Shown here: positions 37,550-47,502 of the stretch, one piece after another
How positions within the stretch are numbered: the stretch's first letter is position 1
Layout: each line of letters starts with the position of its first letter
Origin: Candidatus Altimarinota bacterium
Lineage (GTDB): Bacteria; Patescibacteriota; Gracilibacteria; UBA1369; GCA-2718715
DNA: 64,000 nucleotides
Assembly: GCA_041242255.1 (NCBI GenBank)
Contig: JBESAV010000001.1
Span: 288,001-352,000 of the forward strand
Reading direction: 5' to 3'
Made by a program: the position numbers and the translations under genes
Notes under the pieces: model-generated
Databases searched by the model: none
Seen by the model: the letters and a program-made list of their open reading frames with translations, nothing else
What the model was told of the DNA's origin: nothing

Positions 37550-40500
37550 TACCAACAACTTAAATCCACGGGAAAACCCAAACACTCCAACAGGCCTGGA
37601 AGAGCAAAGCGACCCCTCTCAGACCTTAGAGCTACTTCAGAACTCGACCAGTGAAAATATTGAAGGTCTTTTAGATGATCCAGATGGCCTACAAACCTTA
37701 AATATTCAGTCAGAAAAACTCAAAACAGACATAGAAGAGTTAAATGCATCCATCAATCCAATCTCACAAAAAGTTGAACAGGAATTCTCACAAAATTTCC
37801 CAGATCTAAATCAAGACCAACTCAACTGGATCCAAATCTACTTCCTTAAATTTAAAGATGCAAACAAGATCAAAAACAACATTATTCAAACCAAAGCTTT
37901 TCCTGAAATAGATGAAAATCTTCTAGAGGAAACCATCCAGAATCTTTTAGACGACGAGGATATAAAAACTTTGCCCGAACTTTACACAAAACTTACACAA
38001 AAAGAAAAAGAGATCCAAGACGCCATAAGCTCACTAAACCAAGGTATTGAAGATTTAAAGACTCTTGATTACTTAGTCAAAAAGTTCACTGAAGAAACTG
38101 GAATCCATTTCAATAACAACCTAAAAGCTTATTGTACAGTAAAAACAATTAATGCAGAGGGAGAAACTGAAGACCTTACCATGACCGTCATTCAGTCAAA
38201 ACTAGTCCAAAACCAAGCAGTATTCAAAGTAAAGTATGTTGATCCTATAACAGTAGATGAAGTAGAAAAAGTTTTTACTTCAGAACAACTTAAAAATTTA
38301 CTTTTCCACGGACAAGCCCTCAATATGGAGATAAACAGTCCTAAAGACATCAATCATTATCTAGATCTAGACAGGTTAGGATTAAATATCACTAAAAATT
38401 CATTAGACTACGTTAATTCAGACAACCAAGTCTCTCGAATACAAGTAGTCCAAAAATTCAAACAGAAAATTGAGCTTTCTGAAGAAGTTTTTATCAACTC
38501 AGAGAAAAAATCCACTCTAACTCTTGCAGAGTTCCTAAAGTGGGCCACTCTCCACAAGGCTATGCCAACTTTAAACCATGACCAATTACAAGAGGCAACA
38601 TCAAAACTTCCAGATTTAATTTCAAGCAAAACATCATATCCTAGAGAAGATATCTCAAACTACAATATTCAGGTAGGATCAAGTTTCAACTCACCTATAG
38701 ATCAACTTCCTATTACAATCACAAGCCTAGACTCTGATCAAATTACTTACAATTATGGTCCAGACCTACAACTAAAAGCTACAAATTCAATGTTCTTAAG
38801 AACTTTAATGAAAGGCTTATACATACCAGTTCTACCTGCACTAGCTCAAGAAGATAGTTCTGACTCAAACGACACAAATGAGGAGCGAGATGGGTCTCTT
38901 CCACCAAACCAAGACCTTCCTCAAGATAATGATCAGCCACCTGAAACAGAAGATCAATCAAGTGAATCATCTAAGAAAAATGTTCAGCAATACGAGTTCG
39001 GATCTCCACCAAATCCACTTGATATATCGACTTGGACAGGATTAATTGGTAAGGTCTTAACTTTCAATGGTCACATTACATATCTTTCTTATACTGACTG
39101 GTCAGAGACTTTAATTCCAAAAATTGTAGATAATATCCGTACTTCTCTCAAAAATAAAAGCCAGCTGAAAATGGGTAAAAACTTCAAAAATCTACCTCTA
39201 ATCGGTGATGATATGGCTGATATTGAATCAGCTGCAAAGCGTGAACAAGTCGAAGCAGCCAAGTCCGTACTAGATCGAATAGGTAATTGGAGAAAAGTAC
39301 AAGATATCATATGTTCCACCGATGATATATTTCAATTTATAGCTGCCACCAACTTTCTAAAGGACAAAGGTTATCTACCAACTTACAATGAACGTTATCT
39401 TCAAAACGTAAATAGACTAGCTGGAAACCTAGGTATGCCAACCTTTGATATACCAGATGATATTCAAGCAAATAGGTCCATTATTGATAAATATCTAATT
39501 GATTTTTACGATAGTCTTCTCGATCCAGGTGATGGGATAAGAATGATCAATAGCAACAAATCCAATGAGGAAAGTTCCATCCAAGAGTACAAACGTCAGT
39601 CTAGTGAGATCTTTTCTCAAAACCCAAACTGGGGGTTAACCAAGCTTCACAGTATCTTAACCGATTACCGTGCCGGAAAAGAAATCGATCCACATGAGTA
39701 CAAAGGTTATCTACTTGGTGCCTATGACTCAGGGGAGGTAGGTGAAGTTGAACTACTGACCTACTTCGTCCTAGGTAATACCATAAAAGATTCCAACGGA
39801 GACACCTTAGTGAAAGGTTACGAAGCTCTTGTCGCAAGCCTAAAAAAAGAATTCATCGGATTCAACCTTCTGCTAGACCAAAACTTAGAAGAATTATCTA
39901 GTTTTTTCGATAAAAACATTTTAGTTTCAGGGGCAATTCCTGAGCCTACAGGAGGCGGTTCTGCCAGTACTCTAGAGCAAAGATTTGGAGCCAAGAAAGC
40001 TGAAATGATCACAAATTACGTATACTTTACCAACCTCAGCGTAAAAGTTACCAAAAAACAAAATGAGTACCTTAAAGATAGAGCTCTCAAGAAAGAACAC
40101 GCCGGTTACAGCATTTTCTCTCAAGATTTCTCTAGCCTCTACAAGGATTTTGCCTTCATACCACCAACTTCTTCATCAGCACTTACTACAGAACAAGTAG
40201 TACAAAGTTTTAAAACGTTCCCTCAAGTTCTAAAAGCCTATTCAGATGTAGCTAAAGCAGGTGAGTCAGAGTACATAAACGATCCAAGCAAATTTGCGGG
40301 TTATAAAGGTCGTATAAAAAACTCCCTTATGTCCTATATCTTAATCGAAGGAGCTTATACAGACCGGGTACAACCAAGGAAAGGCTCTAAAGCAGGTGGG
40401 GACATTAATGACCAAGAAAAGAAAGGTACAAAATCCAAAAGAGAACAATCCCGCAAATTTATCACAGAGGTCCTAGTAGACTGCCTTGGTCCATCTCAGG

Positions 40501-40646
40501 AAGACTCAATCAACCAGCTTTTCAAAGCTTATAGTAAAGAAAACGACAAACACCATGAAACCTTCTACCAAGATATAACATCTATCTTCCAGCAGATCGA
40601 TCCAGATAAGTTATTCGAAAGCCTCAAGAGACACAGTATAGGCTAG
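37542..40646 (+). CDS. large hypothetical soluble protein
   Basis: 1034 aa ORF with a coiled-coil N-terminus and an acidic/Pro linker; no recognised motif. Confidence 0.78.
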   Translation: MNNTNNLNPRENPNTPTGLEEQSDPSQTLELLQNSTSENIEGLLDDPDGLQTLNIQSEKLKTDIEELNASINPISQKVEQEFSQNFPDLNQDQLNWIQIYFLKFKDANKIKNNIIQTKAFPEIDENLLEETIQNLLDDEDIKTLPELYTKLTQKEKEIQDAISSLNQGIEDLKTLDYLVKKFTEETGIHFNNNLKAYCTVKTINAEGETEDLTMTVIQSKLVQNQAVFKVKYVDPITVDEVEKVFTSEQLKNLLFHGQALNMEINSPKDINHYLDLDRLGLNITKNSLDYVNSDNQVSRIQVVQKFKQKIELSEEVFINSEKKSTLTLAEFLKWATLHKAMPTLNHDQLQEATSKLPDLISSKTSYPREDISNYNIQVGSSFNSPIDQLPITITSLDSDQITYNYGPDLQLKATNSMFLRTLMKGLYIPVLPALAQEDSSDSNDTNEERDGSLPPNQDLPQDNDQPPETEDQSSESSKKNVQQYEFGSPPNPLDISTWTGLIGKVLTFNGHITYLSYTDWSETLIPKIVDNIRTSLKNKSQLKMGKNFKNLPLIGDDMADIESAAKREQVEAAKSVLDRIGNWRKVQDIICSTDDIFQFIAATNFLKDKGYLPTYNERYLQNVNRLAGNLGMPTFDIPDDIQANRSIIDKYLIDFYDSLLDPGDGIRMINSNKSNEESSIQEYKRQSSEIFSQNPNWGLTKLHSILTDYRAGKEIDPHEYKGYLLGAYDSGEVGEVELLTYFVLGNTIKDSNGDTLVKGYEALVASLKKEFIGFNLLLDQNLEELSSFFDKNILVSGAIPEPTGGGSASTLEQRFGAKKAEMITNYVYFTNLSVKVTKKQNEYLKDRALKKEHAGYSIFSQDFSSLYKDFAFIPPTSSSALTTEQVVQSFKTFPQVLKAYSDVAKAGESEYINDPSKFAGYKGRIKNSLMSYILIEGAYTDRVQPRKGSKAGGDINDQEKKGTKSKREQSRKFITEVLVDCLGPSQEDSINQLFKAYSKENDKHHETFYQDITSIFQQIDPDKLFESLKRHSIG

Positions 40647-42433
40647 TTAAGCTCATGTTTCTTGTATTCTTTTGAAATTCTTTCTACAAAGTCATCCAAT
40701 CCTTCTACTTCCTGAGATTTTGTTTTGTAGTTTCTCACGCTCACTGTTTTATCATTCATCTCTTGTTCTCCCACCACCAGGATGTAGTTGATATGAGCTT
40801 TTTCAGCGTTCCTAATTCGTTTTCCGAGACTATCTCCGCTTGAATCAATTTCAGCTCTTAAACCAGCATCTCGCAAGCGAGAAAGCACTTCTTGACCGTA
40901 TTCCTCAAACTTCTCAATAACTGGTACAACTACAACCTGTCTCGGAGCTAACCAAAGAGGGAAGACTCCGGCAAAGTGTTCAATCATAACTCCCATAAAC
41001 CTCTCTAATGACCCAGATATAGCTCTGTGAATCACTACGGGTCTTTCTTTTTCATTTTCTTCATTAATATATGAAAGATCAAATCTCTCAGGTAACTGGA
41101 AATCAAGTTGGACTGTAGCCAATTGCCACTCACGTCCAATTGCATCCTTAAACATAAAGTCTAGTTTAGGACCATAGAAAGCTGCCTCTCCTTCAATTCT
41201 TTTATAGTTTAAATCCTCATTCACAAGTATGTCTTCCAAAGCCTTTTCAGCATCATCCCAAACTGAAGCTTCTCCCAAGTACTTATCAGGAGTCTCAGGA
41301 TCTCTAACAGATAAACTTATCCAATACTCATCTGCCATCCCAAGCGTCCCATAAAATTCTTTAATAATTTCTACAATAGTCTTAACTTCCTCTTCAATTT
41401 GACCAACTCTACAGAAAAGATGTCCATCATCTTGAGTAATAGCTCTAACACGTGTTAAACCAGAAAGTTGCCCTGACTTCTCATTTCTATAAACAGTAGC
41501 AGGCTCAAAATATCTAACCGGCATATCTCTATAACTCCAATGATTATCCGCAAAAATCTGCATATGATGTGGACAATTCATCGGCTTCATACAAAAACTT
41601 TCACTTTCATGGCTTCCATCTACTCGGAAAAGCTCATCCCCAAACTTAGCGGCGTGCCCAGAAGTTTCATACAAGTCCATTTTGGCAATATGGGGGGTCC
41701 AAACTCTTTGGTAACCTCTTTTCCCATGTAGCTCCCATAGGTAATTCTCAACTTCTTGTCTAATAATCATCCCATTCGGCTTCAAAAGAGGCAATCCAGC
41801 TCCCACTAAGTCCGAAATAGTAAATAAGTCCAACTTAGCTCCCAACTTCCTGTGGTCTCTCTTCTCAGCTTCTTTTAGCATATTCAAATAATCATTCAGC
41901 TCATCTTTAGTTTCAAAAAGGTAACCATAAACTCTTTGCAACATTTTATTGTTTTCGTCACCTTTGAAATATGCACCAGCAATCTTAGCCAGCTTAAAGT
42001 AACCAATGTCACCAGTATGCTCAGTATGCCCACCCTTACATAGGTCTACAAATTTAACATCACCCTTTCTATCAACATTCTCATAAAAAGTAACAGTCTT
42101 TTTCCCTTTCTCTTTAAGCTCATCAATCACATCGATTTTATAAACTTGCCCAGTTTTCTCTAAAAACTCTTTTGCTTCATCTATATCCACAACTTTTTCT
42201 ACGAACTCTTGTTTCTGTTTCTGGATCTGCTTCATTCTTTTCTCAAGTAGTTTCAAATCCTCTGGGATCAAAGTTCTAGGTAGATCAAAATCATAGTAAA
42301 ACCCATTCTCTACTGGAGGACCAAAAGCTAGCTTAGCTTCAGGAAACATCTCAAGAACAGCCTGTGCAAGAACGTGAGCTGCAGAGTGACGCATTTTATA
42401 TACTTGATCGTGAACTACTTCAGAATTAGACAT
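40643..42433 (-). CDS. thrS: threonine--tRNA ligase (short form lacking the TGS domain)
   Basis: RHSAAH, DLCKGGH, RDHRKLG, KPMNCP, GEAAFYGPK and HRAISGSLERF. Confidence 0.97.
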   Translation of the reverse strand: MSNSEVVHDQVYKMRHSAAHVLAQAVLEMFPEAKLAFGPPVENGFYYDFDLPRTLIPEDLKLLEKRMKQIQKQKQEFVEKVVDIDEAKEFLEKTGQVYKIDVIDELKEKGKKTVTFYENVDRKGDVKFVDLCKGGHTEHTGDIGYFKLAKIAGAYFKGDENNKMLQRVYGYLFETKDELNDYLNMLKEAEKRDHRKLGAKLDLFTISDLVGAGLPLLKPNGMIIRQEVENYLWELHGKRGYQRVWTPHIAKMDLYETSGHAAKFGDELFRVDGSHESESFCMKPMNCPHHMQIFADNHWSYRDMPVRYFEPATVYRNEKSGQLSGLTRVRAITQDDGHLFCRVGQIEEEVKTIVEIIKEFYGTLGMADEYWISLSVRDPETPDKYLGEASVWDDAEKALEDILVNEDLNYKRIEGEAAFYGPKLDFMFKDAIGREWQLATVQLDFQLPERFDLSYINEENEKERPVVIHRAISGSLERFMGVMIEHFAGVFPLWLAPRQVVVVPVIEKFEEYGQEVLSRLRDAGLRAEIDSSGDSLGKRIRNAEKAHINYILVVGEQEMNDKTVSVRNYKTKSQEVEGLDDFVERISKEYKKHELN

Positions 42434-42608
42434 TTTTTACTTTTAATTTACTAAAGACAGTCTATTTATTTAACTAACATTTGTCCAATAAAAGCCACTT
42501 CTTTCTATACTCTTCAAAAATTAGGGTCGGCATGTTCCTTTAAGTTTACCATCAATTCTCTTTACTATCCAGTAAAAACCCCTCAGTATAACCAAAAAAC
42601 ATCTCAAA

Positions 42609-43763
42609 ATGCTTCTCAACCAACTCCAACTTTCCAATTTCCGTAACCTAAAAGAAGTAGATATAAAGTTAGAGAATCCCTCAGCAATAACGATCTTTCT
42701 AGGAAAAAACGCTAATGGGAAAACTAATCTCCTCGAGTCAATCTACCTTTTATCTTTCCCTAAGTCATTCCGAGGACATAGCTTAACCGACATGATCAAT
42801 TTTGATCAAAATTACTTCAATATCCAAGCCAACTTCACTCAGTCAGATCAAGATTCATCAAACTCAGACCTAGAAAACCAAATCCAAACCAAATCCCTAC
42901 AGTTCGGATACCAAACCAACCCATCTAAAAAAGTTTATCGCCACAACAAAGTCGAGGTAGATTTATCTGATTATATAGTTCACCTTCAGGCTGTAATTTT
43001 CACTCCAGAAGATATCGAGTTAGTCCATGGAAGCCCTCAGGATAGAAGAAAAGCCATAAACCAAATTCTAGGTCAATTCAACGCTGAATACCTAATCAAC
43101 TACTCCAGCTTCCAAAAATGCCTCCGCCAGAGAAACGCTCTTCTCAAAAGAATCCGCTCTAAACAAGCCAAACCCTCAGAACTAGCCTTTTGGAATAACC
43201 AGTTCATCACTCTCGCCAGCAAAATTCACCAAAGTCGTAAAGACCTATTCGAATACTTCCAGTCAGAAATATCTTCAAAGTACAAACACATTTCTGATAA
43301 GGAAGAAAAAATTCAACTCAAGTTTGATTACCATGGCAAACAGTACGAAGCACAATTCGATGAGTATAAAGAAATCATAGAGTTCCAATTAAACTCTCTC
43401 GCTCAAGATGAGGTCAGGCGTGGTTATACATTATGTGGCCCTCAAAAAGATGATTGGGGCTTTTACATTGATAAACTCCCAGCTGATAAATTCGCTTCTA
43501 GAGGGGAAAAGCGAAGCCTAATCCTGGCTTTCAAAATGGTAGAGCTAGATTACCTTCAGTCCAAGACCCAAAGACAACCTATCCTACTTTTAGACGATGT
43601 CTTCTCAGAGTTAGACAAAACTCGCCGAACTAAGCTCCTTGAACTCTGCCAAAATTATCAAACATTTATATCTACAGTAGAAAAATCATATTTTTCCGAA
43701 TCAAACACTCCGATCCAAGTCTACCAAGTTGAGAAGGGGACTGTTTTAAGCTATAATGATTAG
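42609..43763 (+). CDS. recF: DNA replication/repair protein RecF
   Basis: NFRN, GKNANGKTNLLE, QRNALL, SRGEKR and LLDDVFSELD. Confidence 0.95.
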   Translation: MLLNQLQLSNFRNLKEVDIKLENPSAITIFLGKNANGKTNLLESIYLLSFPKSFRGHSLTDMINFDQNYFNIQANFTQSDQDSSNSDLENQIQTKSLQFGYQTNPSKKVYRHNKVEVDLSDYIVHLQAVIFTPEDIELVHGSPQDRRKAINQILGQFNAEYLINYSSFQKCLRQRNALLKRIRSKQAKPSELAFWNNQFITLASKIHQSRKDLFEYFQSEISSKYKHISDKEEKIQLKFDYHGKQYEAQFDEYKEIIEFQLNSLAQDEVRRGYTLCGPQKDDWGFYIDKLPADKFASRGEKRSLILAFKMVELDYLQSKTQRQPILLLDDVFSELDKTRRTKLLELCQNYQTFISTVEKSYFSESNTPIQVYQVEKGTVLSYND

Positions 43764-43778
43764 ATATAAAAAAGCCGA

Positions 43779-44654
43779 GTGTTCCAATCAATACAAGAAT
43801 TCTTTCTGATCAATCAAGAAGCTTTAAAGCTAACAATTTTCTCGAGCTTATTTAGTTTAGTCCCAATTCTAATCTGGGCCACCATTTTCCTATATAAGCA
43901 CAACGAGAAAAGAGAACTCGTAGTGAGAACCTTTGCTTTCGGGGGGCTTATGGTACTCCCTTTTATGTTATACAGAAAACTATGGGATTATTTTCCATTC
44001 TTGAATCTAGACAGTTTAGTTGCCTCATACTCTTCTGAGCCTATTCAGATTCTAAATTTCAGCCTACAAATATCTCTTGCCACAGCAGTTTTATTTGCCA
44101 GTTTAGGGTGCATAGAAGAATTCCTTAAGCACAAAGTAGCCAGTTCAATCGATCACTCAGAGATAAACTGTATCGATGATGCAATTGAATTCAGTATAAT
44201 AGCCGCATTAGGGTTTTCATTTGCAGAAAACACATTCTACTTCATTGAAGTCTGGAAATCCTTTGGTCCTTCCATGTTATATAAAGTAGTTATCTTTAGG
44301 TCCCTTTTTGCAACTTTCGCCCACATCCTCTTCTCAAGTATATATGGTTACCACTTCGGTTTAGCCTTATTTGCTGATCCAATACTAAAAAACCCAAAAG
44401 AACATTCGCTCTACAAGCGTTTATCCTTCTGGATTCATAATTTCTTTCACGTTAGAACCAATATCGTATTTAAGGATTTCCAGATGATATTTGGCCTAAT
44501 AATTGCCTCTTTTTCTCATGGTTTTTATAACATCCTCCTAGAGATGAAAAACACCATATTCCTTTTCCCATTCTTAGTCCTAGGTTTCTCGTATATCATG
44601 AAACTCATCTCAGACGAGAAAAACCTTAAGATTTATACAACTAACGACTCCTAA
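43779..44654 (+). CDS. prsW: PrsW family intramembrane metalloprotease
   Basis: IEEFLK, ALGFSFAEN, AHILF and HGFYN; GTG start. Confidence 0.87.
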   Translation: MFQSIQEFFLINQEALKLTIFSSLFSLVPILIWATIFLYKHNEKRELVVRTFAFGGLMVLPFMLYRKLWDYFPFLNLDSLVASYSSEPIQILNFSLQISLATAVLFASLGCIEEFLKHKVASSIDHSEINCIDDAIEFSIIAALGFSFAENTFYFIEVWKSFGPSMLYKVVIFRSLFATFAHILFSSIYGYHFGLALFADPILKNPKEHSLYKRLSFWIHNFFHVRTNIVFKDFQMIFGLIIASFSHGFYNILLEMKNTIFLFPFLVLGFSYIMKLISDEKNLKIYTTNDS

Positions 44655-45930
44655 TTGAAGTGATGTTTGTTGATATATCAGTACAAACAGCATCACAGTA
44701 CTGAACGTTGTCTACAAAACACTCTCCACTTGCCGTAAATCTAACTACCACAGTTTCACTTGGTCTATCTTCTAAAACAGAAGGTATACTCATTACACCA
44801 GCGTTATACTTGTTCAGGTCAAGTGCACCATAACGGTAGAAGTTCGTAATTCGTGGGTGAGAATAATCAATCTCCATTCCACTAAGAATTTCCACTGCAA
44901 AATCAGTCATATCGGGCCATCTAGATTCAAGTACAACAGCTTTTTCAAGATTTCCAGAACCATCAACACCATCAAATCTAATCTGAGTTCTGTTTGGATC
45001 TTCTAACCTATATCTAGTTGCCCCATATTCTAAGCTCAAATCTGGTCGTGATATCATTCCTCCTTGATCAATATGAATTCTAATGTTTGTACTAGCAAAT
45101 CCTGATGTAGATGGTGGATTTAGTACATAATTAATCTCACTGAACAAATAATTAGCTTTGGTTGTCATTGCAGGTGTACATTGTATCCCCATATCAACAG
45201 GCATGTCAGGAGCCATATCCATTCCGGCATCCATTCCCATATCAGCAGGCATATCAGGATCCATGTCCATTCCGGCACCCATTTCCATATCAGCAGGCAT
45301 ATCAGGATCCATGTCCATTCCGGCATCCATTCCCATGTCAGCAGGCATGTCAGGATCCATGTCCATTCCGGCATCCATTCCCATGTCAGCAGGTATATCA
45401 GGATCCATATCCATTCCGGCATCCATTCCCATGTCAGCAGGCATGTCAGGATCCATGTCCATTCCGGCATCCATTCCCATGTCAATAGGCATGTCAATCA
45501 TTGCATTCTCGCAAAATCTTCCCCCCTCCATTTTATACTGTTCTTCAAGTTCTTTAATTTGACCTTCAGGACATTGTTCAACAATACACATTGGAGTTCC
45601 CATATCACTCGTATACTGAGGAGCACGTTCATCAGGGCAAACATCTACCATGTCTGAACAAAAAGAACCTTCTCCCGCCTTACGAAACTCTTCATCTTGC
45701 TCTTCAAATCCATCTTTTTCACATAAAACTCTCAAACATAAGTTCTTTCCATCCTCTACTTTAAACGGAGTTCTATCATCAGGGCACTCTCCCAAAACAT
45801 TATCAAAAGCTTTTGAATCATATTCACATGAAGCAAGAGCTCCAGTAAGACTCATAAGCAGTATTAAGGCGTTTTTTTGTGGAAATTCAAATTTATCTCT
45901 AAATCTATCAATTCTTTCAAAATTATTCAT
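44641..45930 (-). CDS. Cys-rich lipoprotein with DMGMDAG tandem-repeat linker (paralog A)
   Basis: Lipobox ALASC, Cys-rich N-domain, six 16-aa repeats and a C-terminal domain shared with 45923..46921. Confidence 0.82.
   Translation of the reverse strand: MNNFERIDRFRDKFEFPQKNALILLMSLTGALASCEYDSKAFDNVLGECPDDRTPFKVEDGKNLCLRVLCEKDGFEEQDEEFRKAGEGSFCSDMVDVCPDERAPQYTSDMGTPMCIVEQCPEGQIKELEEQYKMEGGRFCENAMIDMPIDMGMDAGMDMDPDMPADMGMDAGMDMDPDIPADMGMDAGMDMDPDMPADMGMDAGMDMDPDMPADMEMGAGMDMDPDMPADMGMDAGMDMAPDMPVDMGIQCTPAMTTKANYLFSEINYVLNPPSTSGFASTNIRIHIDQGGMISRPDLSLEYGATRYRLEDPNRTQIRFDGVDGSGNLEKAVVLESRWPDMTDFAVEILSGMEIDYSHPRITNFYRYGALDLNKYNAGVMSIPSVLEDRPSETVVVRFTASGECFVDNVQYCDAVCTDISTNITSIRSR
45187..45483 (-). 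repeat. coding tandem repeat, 6 x 48 bp (DMGMDAGMDMDPDMPA)
   Basis: Six units read directly from 45483 to 45196, plus a partial DMG; few substitutions. Confidence 0.95.
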
Positions 45931-46921
45931 TAGTAAGAAGATTATATTGATTAGTCAGTGAATTACATAGACTCTCACAGTATTCTACTCCATCTACAAC
46001 ACATACTCCAGCAGCAGGAAATTCTATAACAGTAGATCCATTATAAGTCATACTACTTGGAATACTTTTGGTTCCTGAGTTTACAATACTTAAATCTAAA
46101 GCACCATAATTTTCAATCTCTATAACTCCAGGCATCGCTCTGTTGATAACAAAACCTTCATTCAGTTCAATAGCCACATCAGACATATCAGGCTGATTTA
46201 CAGTAATCACAGTTATAAAATCTGCATTGTTAAACCTAAGCTGAGTTCTGTCAGTTGCTAGCTTATATCTATTCGCACCTTCAATCATAAAGTCTTCCCT
46301 TACATTTCCTCCATTCGCATCTTGGTATACAACTCTAACATCAGGAGAGACATAACTATCAGTACTTGGTGGATTTAAAGCTTTGTTAATCTGGTCATTA
46401 ATTAACTGTGTTTTGCTAGTCATTTCATCTGTACACACAATAGGCATAAACATATCGATCTCCATATCAGGAGTCATATCCATTCCAGCGTCCATTCCCA
46501 TATCCATATCAGCAGGCAAATCAGGAGTCATATCCATTCCAGCATCCATTCCCATATCAATAGGCATATCAGGAGTCATATCTATTCCAGCATCCATTCC
46601 CATATCAGCAGGCATATCAGGAGCCATGTCCATTCCAGCGTCCACTCCCATATCTGGAGAGCTCCCAGTACAAACTTTATAATCATTGAAATTAGTTTCT
46701 TCACTTGGTAGACAGCTATCATCAGCTCTACAATACTCAGTACCATCTTCTTCAGTCCCATATGGTTCTACCTCTTTTTCATTACAAGGTGCTTTTTCAA
46801 ACTCAGGGTAAGCAGTATGTAAAAACAAACATGCTTGTGACTGACTTAATGCAGCTAGTAGCATTAACCTTTGCATAAAAGGGCTAACCTTTACTCCACT
46901 CATTTTTTCTAATCTATTCAT
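45923..46921 (-). CDS. putative lipoprotein with DMGMDAG tandem-repeat linker (paralog B)
   Basis: Hydrophobic leader ending SQAC, four repeats, and a C-terminal domain with LNPPST, YGALDL, SIPS and C.VD.V.YC...C as in paralog A. Confidence 0.8.
   Translation of the reverse strand: MNRLEKMSGVKVSPFMQRLMLLAALSQSQACLFLHTAYPEFEKAPCNEKEVEPYGTEEDGTEYCRADDSCLPSEETNFNDYKVCTGSSPDMGVDAGMDMAPDMPADMGMDAGIDMTPDMPIDMGMDAGMDMTPDLPADMDMGMDAGMDMTPDMEIDMFMPIVCTDEMTSKTQLINDQINKALNPPSTDSYVSPDVRVVYQDANGGNVREDFMIEGANRYKLATDRTQLRFNNADFITVITVNQPDMSDVAIELNEGFVINRAMPGVIEIENYGALDLSIVNSGTKSIPSSMTYNGSTVIEFPAAGVCVVDGVEYCESLCNSLTNQYNLLTNE
46451..46654 (-). repeat. coding tandem repeat, about 4 x 48 bp (DMGMDAGMDMTPDMPx)
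   Basis: Four units with one 6-bp (DM) insertion; same unit family as 45187-45483. Confidence 0.92.
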
Positions 46922-47003
46922 AATGAATAATTAACTTTGCCATATATTAATCGTATTTTAAGTTTTGTCAAGTGGTGGTAGATAGGTCAATTCATACAAA
47001 TAT

Positions 47004-47037
47004 AAAAAAAGACCCCATCTCAACACGGGATCTTTTT
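47004..47037 (-). terminator. rho-independent terminator of rplJL
   Basis: Imperfect GATCCC/GGGGTC hairpin with T7 on the minus strand, just after the rplL stop. Confidence 0.7.
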
Positions 47038-47059
47038 ACATCTTTAAGAAAAGAGAAAA

Positions 47060-47461
47060 CTATTTAAGTTCAACAGTTGCTCCAGCTTCTTCAAGTTGTT
47101 TTTTAAGCTCTTCAGCTTCAGCAGTATCAACACCTTCTTTAACTGCTTTAGGTGCTCCATCAACAAGTTCTTTAGCCTCTTTTAGACCAAGACCAGTGAT
47201 TTCTCTTACAGCTTTAATTACTGCAATTTTTTGACCTCCAGCAGCAGCAAGAACTACGTCTTTCTTACCGCTGTCAGCAGCACCAGCGTCTCCACCAGCT
47301 GCAGGAGCAGCCATAGCTACAGGGGCAGCAGCAGATACACCGAATTCTTCTTCCATTACTTTAACTAGGTCAGCTAGTTCTAAAACGCTAAGTTTTTTAA
47401 CCGCGTCTAGGATAGATTGAGCGTCTTTACTCAATTCTGGTAATTTTTTTTCGTCAGACAT
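47060..47461 (-). CDS. rplL: 50S ribosomal protein L7/L12
   Basis: [31 protein letters not shown] and [11 protein letters not shown]. Confidence 0.98.
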   Translation of the reverse strand: MSDEKKLPELSKDAQSILDAVKKLSVLELADLVKVMEEEFGVSAAAPVAMAAPAAGGDAGAADSGKKDVVLAAAGGQKIAVIKAVREITGLGLKEAKELVDGAPKAVKEGVDTAEAEELKKQLEEAGATVELK

Positions 47462-47502
47462 GATTTAAAATTAATATTTTATAAAATTTATAGAAAATTA
47501 GG

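Noticed and set aside
45158-45657. 48-bp repeats as a CRISPR array, and the alternative-frame ORFs (QQAYQDPCPFRHPF, HIRIHVHSG, WEWMPEW)
   Set aside because: The units are contiguous with no unique spacers and no cas genes are nearby. The extra ORFs are by-products of a stop-free in-frame repeat; only the Asp/Met frame joins a leader peptide and a conserved C-domain.
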